The notes under the pieces are model-generated. The model saw nothing but the letters and a program-made list of their open reading frames with translations. It made no database searches and was not told the DNA's origin. Shown here piece after piece: positions 1 to 10,928 of a DNA stretch of 64,000 nucleotides; within the stretch, counting starts at the first letter, position 1; the number at the start of each line of letters is the position of its first letter. Source of the stretch: an uncultured Chloroflexia bacterium (GTDB lineage Bacteria > Chloroflexota > Limnocylindria > Limnocylindrales > CSP1-4). A program made the position numbers and the translations under genes. The stretch lies in assembly GCA_963757595.1 (NCBI GenBank), contig CAVWRX010000003.1:373506-437505 (forward strand). The letters run 5' to 3'.

Positions 1-783
1 GGGTTCGGACAGCAGCACGATGAACTCGTCACCGCCCTGGCGGCTCACGGTGTCCACCTCTCGAACGCATTCCCCGAGACGTATGGCGACCAGCTGCAGC
101 AGGCGGTCACCCGCCTCGTGGCCGAGGTTGTCGTTGACCCGCTTGAAGTCGTCGAGGTCGAGGAACAGGACGGCGAACCCGGCGTTGGTTCGACGCGCAG
201 TCCGGATCGCCCGACCTAGCCGGTCATCGAAGAGCAGCCAATTCGGCAGGCCGGTGAGGTAGTCGTGCTGCGCGGCGTAGAGCGTTTGGGCAGACATGGC
301 ACGGGAGGCGCTGACGTCCCGGAACACGATCACTGCGCCCGAGACGACGCCTTCGGCATCCCGCAGTGGGGCGGTCGAGTCCTCGACGGAGGACTCGCGG
401 CCGTCCCGGCTCAGGAGCAGGCTGTCGGCGGGCAGGTGGACGATCCTTCCGGACCGCAGGACGCGATTCGTCAGGTCGGGGATCGGCAGGCGCGTCGTGG
501 CATCGACGATCCGGATGACCTCCGACATCGGACGACCCCGCGCCTCCTCGCGCCTCCACCCGGTCAGGTTCTCGGCGACGTCGTTGAGGAAGGTGATGTT
601 GCCGTCCAGGTCCGTGCATCCCACGCCGTCGCCGATCGAGTTGAGCGCGACACGCGCCAGCTCCTCCACGCCGATGAGGAGCACCCCGGGCGCGACTGGT
701 CGCGCGTGCCTGTCGTCCGCGGCGTGCGCCGGCCTGTTCGTCTGCCTCGGGCGCACCCCGAGGCGCCGCTCCGGATCAACCAC
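1..783 (-). CDS. PAS domain-containing diguanylate cyclase (GGDEF). The 3' end lies beyond the window
   Basis: Manual minus-strand translation; the ORF is absent from the track because it runs off the edge. A PAS core ([35 protein letters not shown] ... [16 protein letters not shown]) is followed by a GGDEF domain ([22 protein letters not shown] ... [24 protein letters not shown] ... [11 protein letters not shown]). A likely GTG start at 783 has AGAAGG 7 nt upstream. Confidence 0.7.
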   Translation of the reverse strand, partial: MVDPERRLGVRPRQTNRPAHAADDRHARPVAPGVLLIGVEELARVALNSIGDGVGCTDLDGNITFLNDVAENLTGWRREEARGRPMSEVIRIVDATTRLPIPDLTNRVLRSGRIVHLPADSLLLSRDGRESSVEDSTAPLRDAEGVVSGAVIVFRDVSASRAMSAQTLYAAQHDYLTGLPNWLLFDDRLGRAIRTARRTNAGFAVLFLDLDDFKRVNDNLGHEAGDRLLQLVAIRLGECVREVDTVSRQGGDEFIVLLSEP

Positions 784-1165
784 ATCGAACCTTCTTGCGA
801 GAGATCCCACGCCGGCACCCGCAGAAGGACCGTCCTCCGCGGTGCTGTGCGCGCATGTCGGCGCGGGCTCCCTGATCCTGTCGCCGATTCTCGGTCCCTC
901 GGCGGCCGTCGAGATGACGACCCGTCATCTCGACTGTCAATGACTGAGCATCATGACTTGCCGGGCCACCGGAAATACGGTCATCGGGGGAGAGCACCAC
1001 GAGTCTCGGCCGAGGACGCTGGCGCTCGGATGGTGCACATGTTCATCGACTCTTTATTGACATCTCCGGATCGGGACGCGCATCCTCCCGCTTCGAAAGG
1101 AGCGGGGCCCTTTCGCGCTTGTTGCTCCGCGCGAGCGACGCGATCGTGCCCATGAAAGTCGCGGG

Positions 1166-4100
1166 GTGAAGGGACTGAGCAGCGGACGCATGCCCGGAAG
1201 TCGTCGACCCCGGTCACCGGTCGAACATGGCGCGGAGCCGGGCGTTCCGATCCTTGGAGCCGTCACTGCGTTGGTCGGACTGACCGTCCTTGCCGGATGG
1301 GCGTTCAACGTCGAGGTCCTGCGGACCTTCCTGCCGGACACGCCGCCCATGACTGCCAACTCGGCGCTGCTGCTGGTGCTGGTCGGATCGGCCGTCGTGC
1401 TTGGAGCGAGGAACAGGCTGCCGATCGTGGAGCGTGCGATCAGCCTGGCCGTCTTGGCGTTCGTCGCCGTAACGGCCGCCGAATTCCTGTTCCGAATCGA
1501 CTTCGGGATCGACCATCTCCTGGGGCCGGGCGACGTCGAGCGTGGGGCGCCAGACGCGGGTCGCTTGGCCTTGGGTTCGATGATCGGGTTCAGCGCCGCA
1601 GCCGGCGCCATCTTGACCCGAGGTCGGAGCTGGCGCGGCCTGTACGTGGGCGAGGGCCTGGGCATCGTGACCGGCGTTGTGGGGGCGTTGGGGATCCTGG
1701 GCTACTGGTATGGCGCAAGCGAGCTCACCTCGCTGGGATCGAATACCCAGGTCGAGCTCCCGGCTGCCGTCGGGTTCCTCGTCCTCTGCTCCGCTCTCCT
1801 CGGGCTCGATTCCCGGTACGCCCTGGCGACCGTCCTGCGGGATCGAGGCCTCGCCGGCCGGATCGCTCGACGAATGGTCGTCTTCGTCGTGGTGGGCGCC
1901 CCCTTCGCCGGAGCCCTGGGGCTCGCCCTCGCCGGCGGCGGCATCGTCGCCGCGCACGCCGGGACCGCCATCACGGTCGTCATCGACCTCGTCCTCTTCG
2001 TGGCGGTCGGCGGCTGGACCGTCGGCCACCTCATGCGGGTCGAGGCGGCCGATACGGCGCTGCGCCGGCAAGCCGTCCAGCTCCTGGATGCGGTCGGAGA
2101 ATCGGAGCGAATGTTCCGAAACGCCCTGGACCACGTGTCCCTTGTTGCCGTCATGATCGACACGGCGGGAACCATCACGTTTGCGAACCGGCACCTGCTT
2201 GAACTCAGTGGCTGGACCGCGCCCGAGGTGATCGGCAGGAACTGGTATGACCTGTTTCATTCGGAATCCGATCGTGAGCGCTCCAGGGCCGACTTCCACC
2301 GGCTGATCGAGGGAGGTCGGCCCGATCCGAAACGTCACGGGAAGATCGTCCTGCGCGACGGGCGGGTGCGCGACATCGAGTGGTCCAACGCGGTGCTGCA
2401 TGACCCTGCGGGGGCGACAATCGGGCTCGCCGGGATCGGTGCCGACTTCTCGGAACGCTCCGAAGCACAGGCGGCGCTCCTGGAATCCGAGCTGCGTCTC
2501 CGAACGGCGATGGACGCAATGCTCGATGGTGTCAGCATCCTGGCTGCCGTTCGGGATGGCGACGGTCGGATCGAGGACTTTCGCATCGAATACGTGAACC
2601 AGGCGGTCGCCGAGCTCGCCCGGATCCCGGTTCGCGACCAGTTGGGCCACAGCCTCCTGCGCTTGCTTCCGGGCCACAGGACCAACGGTCTGTTCGAAGC
2701 CTACGCAAGCGTTGTCGAAACGGGCATCCCGTACGAGTCCGGCGATTTCCGCTTCGTTGATCCCGATGCCCAGGGGGGCCCCATCGACCAGTGGGCCGAG
2801 CAGCGCGCCGCCAAGCTCGGCGATGGCATCGTGCTGTCGATCCGGGATGTGACGACGACACACGACGCCGAGCTGGAGCGCCAGCGGCTTGCCACGGCAA
2901 TCGAGCAGTCGTTCGCCTCAGTCGTCATCACGGATACGACGGGCGCGATCGAGTATGTGAACCCGGCCTTCGAGCGAGCCAGCGGCTACTCGCGCGCAGA
3001 GGTCCAGGGGAGGAACCCCCGCATCCTGAAAAGCGGCGTCCAGGACGCGGCCTTCTACGCAGCCATGTGGGCGACGCTCACGAGCGGCAAACCGTTCGTC
3101 TCCGACATCACGAACCGGCGAAAGGACGGCACGCTGTTCCAGGAAGAGAGCGTGGTCTCGCCGATCCACGATGAGTCGGGGAAGATCACGAGTTACGTCG
3201 CGGTGAAGCGTGATGTCACCAGACAGCGCGCTTCCGAAGCCGCGCAGGCGCGCCTGGCGAGGGAGCGGTCCCTGATCGCCGAGACCATCGCCCAGCTGGC
3301 GCCCGACCCAAATCCCGAGACGACGGCCGAGCTGATCTGCCAACAGGTCGTGAGCCTTGACAGCGTCGTGACTGCCGATCTCGGCTACTTCAGCCCAAGT
3401 GGCCAACTCGTGTCCCTCGGGTTCGCCCGGGCAGACGCCGGGCCAGTCGAGCTCCGGCGCATCCCGTTCCAGCGCAGTCGCACGCTGCAGGATCAGACGA
3501 ACTCGGGGCCGTGGGTCGAGCAGTGGGTCCGTCGGCCCTGGCACCCATACGAGAAGGTCTTCTCTGAACTCGGCGTCACGTCGGTAGCCCACCTGCCCGT
3601 GCGGGTCGGCGCACAGCTGGTCGGCATGATCAACGCCACAGCGACAGGAGAAGACGGTGTCGCCCGCCTCACCGAATCGCTGCCGGCGCTGCTCGAGTTC
3701 GCTGGGATCGCCGGCGCCATCATCGGCCCGACGATCAAGGACATGACCGACGCCGGCCGGGATCGAGCGCGGACCGGCTTCATCGTCCTGTCGAAGGCAT
3801 TCGAGCCGGTCTTCCAGCCGATCGTCGACCTCGGCTCCGGGGAACAGGTCGGGTTCGAGGCGCTCACGAGATTCACCACCGGCACGGCTCCGGACGTCGT
3901 CTTCGCGGAAGCGCGGCGATGCCGGCATGGAGCACGATCTGGAGATCGCGACGCTCACGGCCGCGATCGAGGCGGCAAGTGCCCTGCCGAAGGACAGCTG
4001 GCTGAGCCTGAACGTGTCGCCGGGGTTGATCGCGGCGGACAAGCGGCTCCCGGAACTCCTCCGCCGCACGGATCGTGATGTGGTACTCGAGATCACCGAG

Positions 4101-4581
4101 CATGTGGCGGTCGCCGACTACGCGAAGCCTCACTGCCGCGATCGGCCGCATTCGGCCGAAGGTTCGAGTGGCGGTCGATGACGCCGGTTCCGGCGTCGCG
4201 AATTTCCACCACATCGTGGAGCTCAAGCCAGCGTTCCTGAAGCTCGACATCGGCCTGATCCGCGGGATCGACGACGACCTGACCCGGCAGGCCCTGGTGA
4301 TGGGCCTCGAGAAGTTCGGCGCCCAGTCCGGCAGCCAATCGATTGCCGAGGGAGTCGAGACCGACGGGGAACTCGCCACGCTCCGCCATCTTGGGGTCCG
4401 ATTTGGCCAGGGGTACCTCCTCGGGAGGCCTGCGCCTGCTGCGATGTGGGCCGGAGCGGGCGCGACCGCCGAGGAAGGCAACGGGGCGAACAAGCCCCGC
4501 CGTGCCTCCCGAGCCTCCACGGACCCCGATGCGCTCCAGCCGGGCACGAAGCGCCGGCACCTCGAGCTCGACGAGGCGTAG
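1166..4581 (+). CDS. Multidomain c-di-GMP phosphodiesterase-type sensor with a polytopic membrane N-terminus, three PAS domains, a GAF-like domain and an EAL domain. The EAL region is split across three frames by two +1 insertions (~3915 and ~4138)
   Basis: The 970-aa ORF 1166..4078 has a TM-rich first 300 aa and PAS motifs (e.g. TAMDAMLDGVSILAAVRDGDG; IEQSFASVVITDTTGAIEYVNPAF). The EAL start (QPIVDLGSGEQVGFEALTRF) continues in ORF 3927..4181 (LEIATLTAAIEAA ... VVLEITEHVAV) and in ORF 4075..4581 (VAVDDAGSGVANFHHIVELKPAFLKLDIGLIRGID ... EGVETDGE). Each junction is restored by deleting one C. Confidence 0.7.
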
Positions 4582-4616
4582 CGGCTCGCTCGGGCCCGAC
4601 CACGTCGGGCAAGGGC

Positions 4617-5829
4617 TCAGAGACGAAGGCGGCCCGAGCGCGCCATTACCTCGCGCAGCCGATCGTGCGGGAGGGCGTGGGCCGTGATGCCGTCCCGGCC
4701 CGTCATCGTGTCGGCCGCCACGAGCGCGTTCACGATCGCCTCCTCGGTCGTCTCCACGGTCGCCTCGAACAGCGGGTCGAGGGCCTGATCGGCGAGCATC
4801 CGCAGCGAAACCAGGCCGGCGCCCGGCCGGTGTCGTTTCCGGCGGCTGGAGGCCGCGGTTGCCCGTCGCGAAGCAGAGGAAGATGTCGCCGGAGGTCGTC
4901 GCCCCGAGGCCTCCCGCCCTTGCGAGTCCGAGGCCCGCGCGTTGCGCGAGGCGACGGCACTGGCTCGGCAGGACCGGGGCGTCGGTCGCGACGATGACGA
5001 TGATCGACCCTTCGCGGCTGGTCCCCAGCGGGTGCGATGACGTTTTCGGTCCCGGGCCAGCGAACGGTTCATCGTCCGGCCCGCCCTTCCCGTGTGCACC
5101 GTACGGGGACGGCACCTCCCCGAGCCCGATCGCCTCGCCGACCGGCGCACCGTCGACGCGCAGGAGGCCGCGCCGGCCGTAGTTCGCCTGGACGAGGACC
5201 CCGACCGTCCAGCCGCCGGCGCTCGTCGACAGGCGCCGCGAAGCCGTCCCGATGCCGCCCTTGAATTCGTGACAGACCATGCCGGTCCCGCCGCCGACGT
5301 TGCCCTCCGCGACCGGACCGCCGCGGGCGTCGGCCAGCGCGGCCGCGACGTGCTCACCACGAACGTGGAACCCGCCGATGTCGTTCAGCAGGCCGTCCCA
5401 CGTCTCGCCGACGACGGGTAGCGACCAGAAGAACCCACCCGGGTCTTCGGATCTCATCCCCTCCGCGACCAGGGCGTCTCGGACCGCGCCGACCGAGTAC
5501 GTATTGGTGATCGCGATGGCTCCCCCGAGGAGGCCCGATTCGCGGATCCACTCGAGACCGGTCATCTCGCCGTTGCCGTTGAGGACGTGCGGCGCCGCGA
5601 AGACCGGCTCGGTCCAGACGTTGCCGTCGTGGGGCAGGATCACGGTGACACCGGTGCGAATCGGCCCGCGGCCAACCACGAGCGGACCGGCCCCGTCGAC
5701 GATCGTCGCGTGCCCGACGCGCACGCCGGGCACATCGGTGATGGCGTTGTGCGGCCCCGTGGTCAGCTGCCCGATCACGACCCCGAGATCACGGGCGCGT
5801 GGGCGCGGGGTCGGGATTGCCGTCGTCAT
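4617..5829 (-). CDS. DmpA/OAT-fold S58 family aminopeptidase (D-/L-aminopeptidase family). One frameshift near 4835
   Basis: ORF 4093..5829 (minus) has a DmpA-like N-terminus and core (GHATIVDGAG ... NGNGEMTG ... GGGTGMVCHEFKGGIGTASR ... IVATDAPVLPSQCRRLA ... SGDIFLCFATGN). The conserved C-terminus (GLVSLRMLADQALDPLFEATVETTEEAIVNALVAADTMTG) lies in the frame of ORF 4617..5360. Confidence 0.65.
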
Positions 5830-5838
5830 CGGCAGAGC

Positions 5839-6525
5839 CTAGTCGCTATTGGTGGTCGTGATGATCTCGACCCCCGCGATCCGGTCGATCTGCTGGAGCG
5901 CCGCGGCGATCGCTGCGCTCGAGCGGCCACGGATCGAGAGATCGGCCCGGTAGTTCTCCTTGCCAAGCCGCTGTGTCTGGAGCGCCGCGATCTCGATCCT
6001 GTGCTCGCTCAGCGCCGCAGAGATCTCACCGATCGCCTCGATGCGCTTGAGCTGGAGGCGCACCTGGACCTCTGGCGACGCCGACCCGCGAAGACGCTCA
6101 GTCAGGGCATTGATGGGCCACAGGCTGGTGAGGATGATCGCCGCACCGATCACGCCGACCACGTACTCCCCCGCCCCGGCGGCCATGCCCACCGCAGCAG
6201 TGGCCCACAGGCTCGCCGCCGTCGTGAGGCCCCGGACGACGATGCCATCCTTCAGGATCGCGCCGGCGCCGAGGAAGCCGATGCCGGACACGATCTGGGC
6301 GGCGATCCTGGTCGGGTCGATGGCGCCGGTCGCCCGGCCGTCGACCGTGAATCCATGGATCGACAGGACCGTGAACAGGGCCGAGCCGAGCGACACGAGC
6401 ATGTGCGTCCTGATGCCGGCGGGATGCCCGTGGATCTCGCGCTCGGCGCCGACGGCGGCGCCCAGGGCCGCCGCCACGAGGATGCGCAGGCCGAGGTCGA
6501 GCTGTGCGGCCAGGTCGGGATTCAT
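5839..6525 (-). CDS. mgtC: MgtC/SapB family membrane protein
   Basis: The 228-aa ORF has the MgtC signature region (GAEREIHGHPAGIRTHMLVSLGSALFTVLSIHGF ... AAQIVSGIGFLGAGAILKDG) and a C-terminal ACT-like part. Confidence 0.75.
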   Translation of the reverse strand: MNPDLAAQLDLGLRILVAAALGAAVGAEREIHGHPAGIRTHMLVSLGSALFTVLSIHGFTVDGRATGAIDPTRIAAQIVSGIGFLGAGAILKDGIVVRGLTTAASLWATAAVGMAAGAGEYVVGVIGAAIILTSLWPINALTERLRGSASPEVQVRLQLKRIEAIGEISAALSEHRIEIAALQTQRLGKENYRADLSIRGRSSAAIAAALQQIDRIAGVEIITTTNSD

Positions 6526-6631
6526 CGGGCCGCGGCGATTGTTAACACGCGGCCATCATAGCCACGCGACTCACCCGTTTCCGTCCGAGGGTTCCGGCCC
6601 AGGGTCGGTCCTTCGCCGTACCATCGTCGGG

Positions 6632-7390
6632 ATGCGGATCGATCTCAACGCCGACGTCGGGGAGTCGCTGGGGCCTTGGCCCATGGGCGAGGACGAGCGC
6701 CTGATCCCGCTCGTCACCTCGGTCAACATCGCCTGCGGGCTTCATGCCGGCGATCCACGGACGATCGAACGGACGGTTGCGCTTGCCATTGCCTCGGGCG
6801 CCGCGATCGGCGCGCATCCTGGCTATCCCGATCTCGTGGGGTTCGGCCGGCGCGAGCTGGCGATGGCGGCCGATGACCTCGAGGCATCGATCATCTACCA
6901 GGTCGGCGCTGTCGCAGCGTTCGCGCGGGCCGCCGGGCAAGACCTTCGCCACGTCAAGGCGCACGGCGCCCTCTATAACCAGGCGGCCCGCGATCCCGAC
7001 ATCGCCGAGGTCGTGGTCCGTGCCACCCAGCGCATGTCACGCGAGCTGACCGTCGTCGGGCCGGGCGGATCGGCTCTCGCCTCGGCCGCCGCGGCGGCGG
7101 GCGCGCCGTGGGCCGCCGAAGGTTTTCCCGACCGCGCCTACGAAACGGACGGATCCCTGCGATCGCGCCGGCTGGCGGACGCCATGATCCTCGACCCGGC
7201 GATCGCGGCCGATCGGGCCGTCGGCATGGTTCGGGACGGGACCGTCGTCGCCGTCGACGGGTCTGTCCTGCAGGTGGCGCCCGATACGATCTGCCTGCAC
7301 GGCGACGCCCTGGGGGCGCCCGAGCGGGCCGCCGCACTCCGGCGCGCGCTCGCGGAGGCGGGCATCGAGGTCCGGGCCCTTGGCGACTGA
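6632..7390 (+). CDS. pxpA: 5-oxoprolinase subunit A (LamB/YcsF family)
   Basis: Starts MRIDLNADVGES ... VNIACGLHAGDP ... KAHGALYN, a typical LamB/YcsF N-terminus. It directly precedes pxpB and pxpC. Confidence 0.8.
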   Translation: MRIDLNADVGESLGPWPMGEDERLIPLVTSVNIACGLHAGDPRTIERTVALAIASGAAIGAHPGYPDLVGFGRRELAMAADDLEASIIYQVGAVAAFARAAGQDLRHVKAHGALYNQAARDPDIAEVVVRATQRMSRELTVVGPGGSALASAAAAAGAPWAAEGFPDRAYETDGSLRSRRLADAMILDPAIAADRAVGMVRDGTVVAVDGSVLQVAPDTICLHGDALGAPERAAALRRALAEAGIEVRALGD

Positions 7391-7425
7391 ACGGTCGAAC
7401 CCGGGCCGCGCCGCTTGAGCCCGGC

Positions 7426-8121
7426 ATGACCCGAGGGGTGACCACGGAACCCATCGTCGTGGAGTTCGGGGACTCGGGCGTCCTGGTGGAGCTCGGGGGT
7501 GAGCCCGGTCCCGAGACGAGCCGGCGGGTCCTTGGGGCGACCCGGCGCATCTCGGCGACAACGAGCACCCAGCCTGGATGGGGCCGCCCCATTCCGGCGG
7601 CCACGTCCGTTCTCGTGCCCGTGGATCCGGTGGAGCCGGGTTCGGCTGCGGGTGCCGCGCGCCTCCGCGCCATCTTCGCGATGGGCATCGGTGACGCTCC
7701 CGATCCGGGACCGCACCCGACCGCCGAGGACCCGATCGAGATTCCCGTCCGCTACGGCGGCCTCGAGGGCCCGGACCTGGACGCCATCGCCGCGACGGTT
7801 GGGCTGTCCGTGGATGCCATCGTCGCGGCCCACACCGGCCGGACCTACGCGGCCCTCTTCCTGGGGTTCTCCCCGGGCTTCGCCTACCTGGGACCGCTCG
7901 ATCCCCGACTCATCGTCGCCCGCCGCGACGTCCCCCGCGAGCACGTGCCCGCGGGCTCCGTGGCCATCGCCGGACCGCAGACGGCAATCTATCCGGCGCA
8001 CTCGCCCGGCGGTTGGTGGATCATCGGACGAACGTCCTTCCGGCCGTGGGACCCGGGCCGCGACCCGGCCGCCGCAATCCGCCCCGGCGCCCGTGTTCGC
8101 TTCGTGTCCGAGCGCGACTGA
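7426..8121 (+). CDS. pxpB: 5-oxoprolinase subunit B (allophanate hydrolase subunit 1 / KipI family)
   Basis: ATG at 7426. Carries the KipI-family region (FLGFSPGFAYLG ... PRLIVARRDVPREHVPAGSVAIAGPQTAIYPAHSPGGWWIIGRT). The stop overlaps the pxpC start (TGATG). Confidence 0.75.
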   Translation: MTRGVTTEPIVVEFGDSGVLVELGGEPGPETSRRVLGATRRISATTSTQPGWGRPIPAATSVLVPVDPVEPGSAAGAARLRAIFAMGIGDAPDPGPHPTAEDPIEIPVRYGGLEGPDLDAIAATVGLSVDAIVAAHTGRTYAALFLGFSPGFAYLGPLDPRLIVARRDVPREHVPAGSVAIAGPQTAIYPAHSPGGWWIIGRTSFRPWDPGRDPAAAIRPGARVRFVSERD

Positions 8122-9188
8122 TGTCGACGGTCGGCACGTCGGTCCTCGACGTCGACGACGGCGGATTCCTGACGACGGTCCAGGATCTCGGTCGGTTCGG
8201 GCATCAGGACGAAGGCGTCCCCGTCGCGGGCGCGTGCGACGAGGTCGGCCTCGCGATCGCCAACCTCGTCATCGGCAACCCGGCCGGCGCCGCGGCGATC
8301 GAGTGCACCATCATCGGCCCCGAGCTCGTGGTCCGGCGGGACCTCGTGGTCGGGATCGGCGGTGCCGACCTCGGGATCACCGCTGAGCCGGGAGGGCGGC
8401 ACCTGGAGCCCGGCCGATCGCACCGCCTCGCCGCGGGCGAGCGACTCGCCTTCGGGCGCGGGCCGCTTGATGACGGCTGCCGCACCTACCTGGCCCTCCC
8501 CGGCGGAGTCGACGTCCCCGAGGTGCTCGGCTCACGATCCACGTCGCTCGTGGGCGCGTTCGGCGGCCTCGAGGGGCGGCTCCTCCGGGCGGGCGACGCC
8601 ATCGGCGCGATCGGCGCAATCGGCGCGGACGGCGCGGGCGGCTCGTCGGGCGCCCCCGGTCCGCCCGACGCGCGCTGGCCCGGGCCACAGACTCCGCGGC
8701 CGATCGACGCTCGCGTCAGGGTCCGACCGGGACCGGCAGGCAGGTTCGAAAGGCCGGGGCAGGATCGAGACGTGGACGCCGGACTGGCGGCGCTGGTAAC
8801 GACCGCGTGGCGAGTCGCCGCCGCGTCCGATCGTCGCGGCCTGCGTCTCGACGGGCCGCCGCTGCCCGGAAGCGGGGACGCATCGGCCGCGAGCCAAGGT
8901 GTCCTGCCGGGCACCATCCAGGTCACGCCATCGGGCCAGCCACTGGTGCTCCTCCGCGATGGCGGGACGACCGGTGGCTACCCGGTCGCCGGGGTGGTCA
9001 TCGCGGCCGACCTGTGGCGACTCGGCCGGGTTCGACCGGGCGGTCCGATCGAGTTCGAGCTCATCGACGCCGAGTCCGCCCGCGCGGCGGCCACCGAACA
9101 CCGGGCGTGGCTCGCTGCCGGTGCGCAGCGGCTTCGCGCCAACACGCCCGACGCGTGGGACCATCTCGCGGATGAGGCCGGCGCATGA
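8121..9188 (+). CDS. pxpC: 5-oxoprolinase subunit C (allophanate hydrolase subunit 2 / KipA family)
   Basis: Matches the KipA family (FLTTVQDLGRFGHQDEGVPVAGACDEVGLAIANLVIGN ... GTTGGYPVAGVVIAADLWRLGRVRPG). Contains a low-complexity AIGAIGAIGADGAGG insertion. Confidence 0.75.
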   Translation: MSTVGTSVLDVDDGGFLTTVQDLGRFGHQDEGVPVAGACDEVGLAIANLVIGNPAGAAAIECTIIGPELVVRRDLVVGIGGADLGITAEPGGRHLEPGRSHRLAAGERLAFGRGPLDDGCRTYLALPGGVDVPEVLGSRSTSLVGAFGGLEGRLLRAGDAIGAIGAIGADGAGGSSGAPGPPDARWPGPQTPRPIDARVRVRPGPAGRFERPGQDRDVDAGLAALVTTAWRVAAASDRRGLRLDGPPLPGSGDASAASQGVLPGTIQVTPSGQPLVLLRDGGTTGGYPVAGVVIAADLWRLGRVRPGGPIEFELIDAESARAAATEHRAWLAAGAQRLRANTPDAWDHLADEAGA

Positions 9189-9288
9189 AGTCCGAGTGGA
9201 GCTGCCGGCGGGGCTGCCGCGGACGGCGCGGTCGGCGCGCCCGCCGAGTTGTCACCGAACCGTCACGGCTGTGCGGTAGGTTTTGGGC

Positions 9289-10869
9289 ATGAGCGTGAAC
9301 GCCAACGGCCAACCCCAACGGAACGCCCGCGCCAACGGCCTTGGGTCCGGGCACCTGGGGGCTGCGTTTGCAGGGGTCGTCGCGACCGCTGCCGCCATGG
9401 CGGCGGGCGAGCTGGCGGCCGGGCTGCTCCCCGGCGCGCCGTCGCCCATCCTGGCGGTCGGCAAGATGCTCATCGACTACCAGCCATCCGGCGCCAAGGA
9501 CGTCGTTGTCTCGCTGTTCGGGACGAACGACAAGCTCGCCCTCCAGGTGCTGGTGCTGCTGGTGGCGCTTGCCGTCGGCGCGGGCCTCGGGATCCTCGGC
9601 CGAACCCGGCCGACCGCGGCCATGTCGGTCCTGGGTGGCTTCGTGGTCGTGGGTGTCATTGCCGGCCTGCGAGATCCGGCGACGTCGCCCGTCCTCGCCG
9701 TCGGCGCTGGCCTGGGTGAGCTCGCCGTCGGCGCATTCGTGCTCGATCGCCTGCTCGGTCTCGTCGGCCGGCGATCGTTTCGCTCGAGCGGCAAGACCGC
9801 GTCGATGCCGGACTGGTCGCGGCGGACGCTCCTGCTCCAGGGCGGCGCCATCGCCATCGGTTCGCTCGTCGTCGGGGCCATCGGGCGGAGCATCCTCACC
9901 GGCCGGCGCGCGCCCACGACCGGCGGTCTTCCGACGGCGGATGTCCCGGCGACGCTCCCATCCGGGGCCGACCTCGCGATCAACGGCCTGACCCCGATCG
10001 TCGTCCCGAATGCCGACTTCTACCGGATCGACACGGCCCTCCTGACGCCGAACGTCGACCGCGATACCTGGAAGCTCCGGATCCACGGCATGGTCGACCA
10101 CGAGGTGAGCCTGACCTACGCGGACCTGATCCAGCTGCCGATCATCGACCAGTACGTGACGATCGCATGCGTCAGCAACGAGGTCGGGGGCGACCTCGTC
10201 GGAAACGCCCGCTGGACGGGCGTGCGGCTTCGTGACGTGCTGGACATGGCCGGCGTCCAGTCCGGCGCGACGCAGATGGTCGGCCGCTCGGCGGACGGCT
10301 GGACTGCCGGCACGCCGACCGCCTGGGTCATGGACCCGGAGCGGGAACCGATGATCGCGATCGGCATGAACGGCACACCGTTACCGCCCGAGCATGGATT
10401 CCCGGCGCGCGTCATCGTGCCGGGCCTCTACGGCTACGTGTCGGCCACGAAGTGGGTCACCGAGCTCGAGTTCACGACGCTCGAGGCGTTCGACGCCTAC
10501 TGGGTGCCGCTCGGCTGGGCCAAGGAGGCCCCGATCCTGACCCAGTCCAGGATCGATGTCCCCTCCAACGGCTCGAGCGTCGGCGGCGGGACGACGATGA
10601 TCGCCGGCGTGGCATGGGCTCCCGACCGCGGCATCTCGAAGGTCGAGGTCCAGATCGATGGCGGTGACTGGCAGGAGACGACGCTCTCGGTGCCGATCTC
10701 GACCACGACGTGGGTCCAGTGGGAATACTCGTGGACGACGACGCCCGGCACGCACACCGTGCAGGTGCGGGCGACCGACAAGACGGGCACGACCCAGACC
10801 GAGACGCCGACCCGGCCGGACCCCGACGGCGCGCGCGGCTGGCATCACATCACCTTCGCCGTTCGCTGA
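9289..10869 (+). CDS. Molybdopterin-dependent oxidoreductase (sulfite-oxidase fold). The N-terminal ~200 aa form a polytopic membrane domain and the C-terminus an Ig-like dimerisation domain
   Basis: Shows the Moco-binding fold (VTIACVSNEVGGDLVGNARWTGVRLRDVL ... GFPARVIVPGLYGYVSATKWVTELEF). The N-terminal half has four or more hydrophobic helices. Confidence 0.65.
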   Translation: MSVNANGQPQRNARANGLGSGHLGAAFAGVVATAAAMAAGELAAGLLPGAPSPILAVGKMLIDYQPSGAKDVVVSLFGTNDKLALQVLVLLVALAVGAGLGILGRTRPTAAMSVLGGFVVVGVIAGLRDPATSPVLAVGAGLGELAVGAFVLDRLLGLVGRRSFRSSGKTASMPDWSRRTLLLQGGAIAIGSLVVGAIGRSILTGRRAPTTGGLPTADVPATLPSGADLAINGLTPIVVPNADFYRIDTALLTPNVDRDTWKLRIHGMVDHEVSLTYADLIQLPIIDQYVTIACVSNEVGGDLVGNARWTGVRLRDVLDMAGVQSGATQMVGRSADGWTAGTPTAWVMDPEREPMIAIGMNGTPLPPEHGFPARVIVPGLYGYVSATKWVTELEFTTLEAFDAYWVPLGWAKEAPILTQSRIDVPSNGSSVGGGTTMIAGVAWAPDRGISKVEVQIDGGDWQETTLSVPISTTTWVQWEYSWTTTPGTHTVQVRATDKTGTTQTETPTRPDPDGARGWHHITFAVR

Positions 10870-10928
10870 GACGAGGCCGCCTTCCCGCCGCGCGGGGGCC
10901 AGCGGCGCGAATCCGGTAGAGTCGGCGC

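Noticed and set aside
1050-1085. TTGACA hexamer in the GGDEF/EAL divergent spacer as a -35 element
   Set aside because: No acceptable -10 hexamer at 16-19 bp spacing. Promoter prediction in high-GC DNA from sequence alone is unreliable, so it is not reported as a feature.
1214-2863. Long antisense ORFs on the opposite strand of real genes (e.g. 1214..2863 -, 18739..20088 -, 21546..23855 -, 41419..43233 -, 9061..10101 -)
   Set aside because: Arg/Pro/Gly-rich translations with no domain signatures. These are typical open antisense frames of ~70% GC DNA. The opposite strand carries strong family matches.
8590-8660. Short tandem hexanucleotide repeat (gcgatcggcgcaatcggcgcggacggc) inside pxpC
   Set aside because: It encodes a low-complexity AIGAIGAIGADGAGG insertion within a conserved gene. 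It is not a CRISPR or other repeat element.
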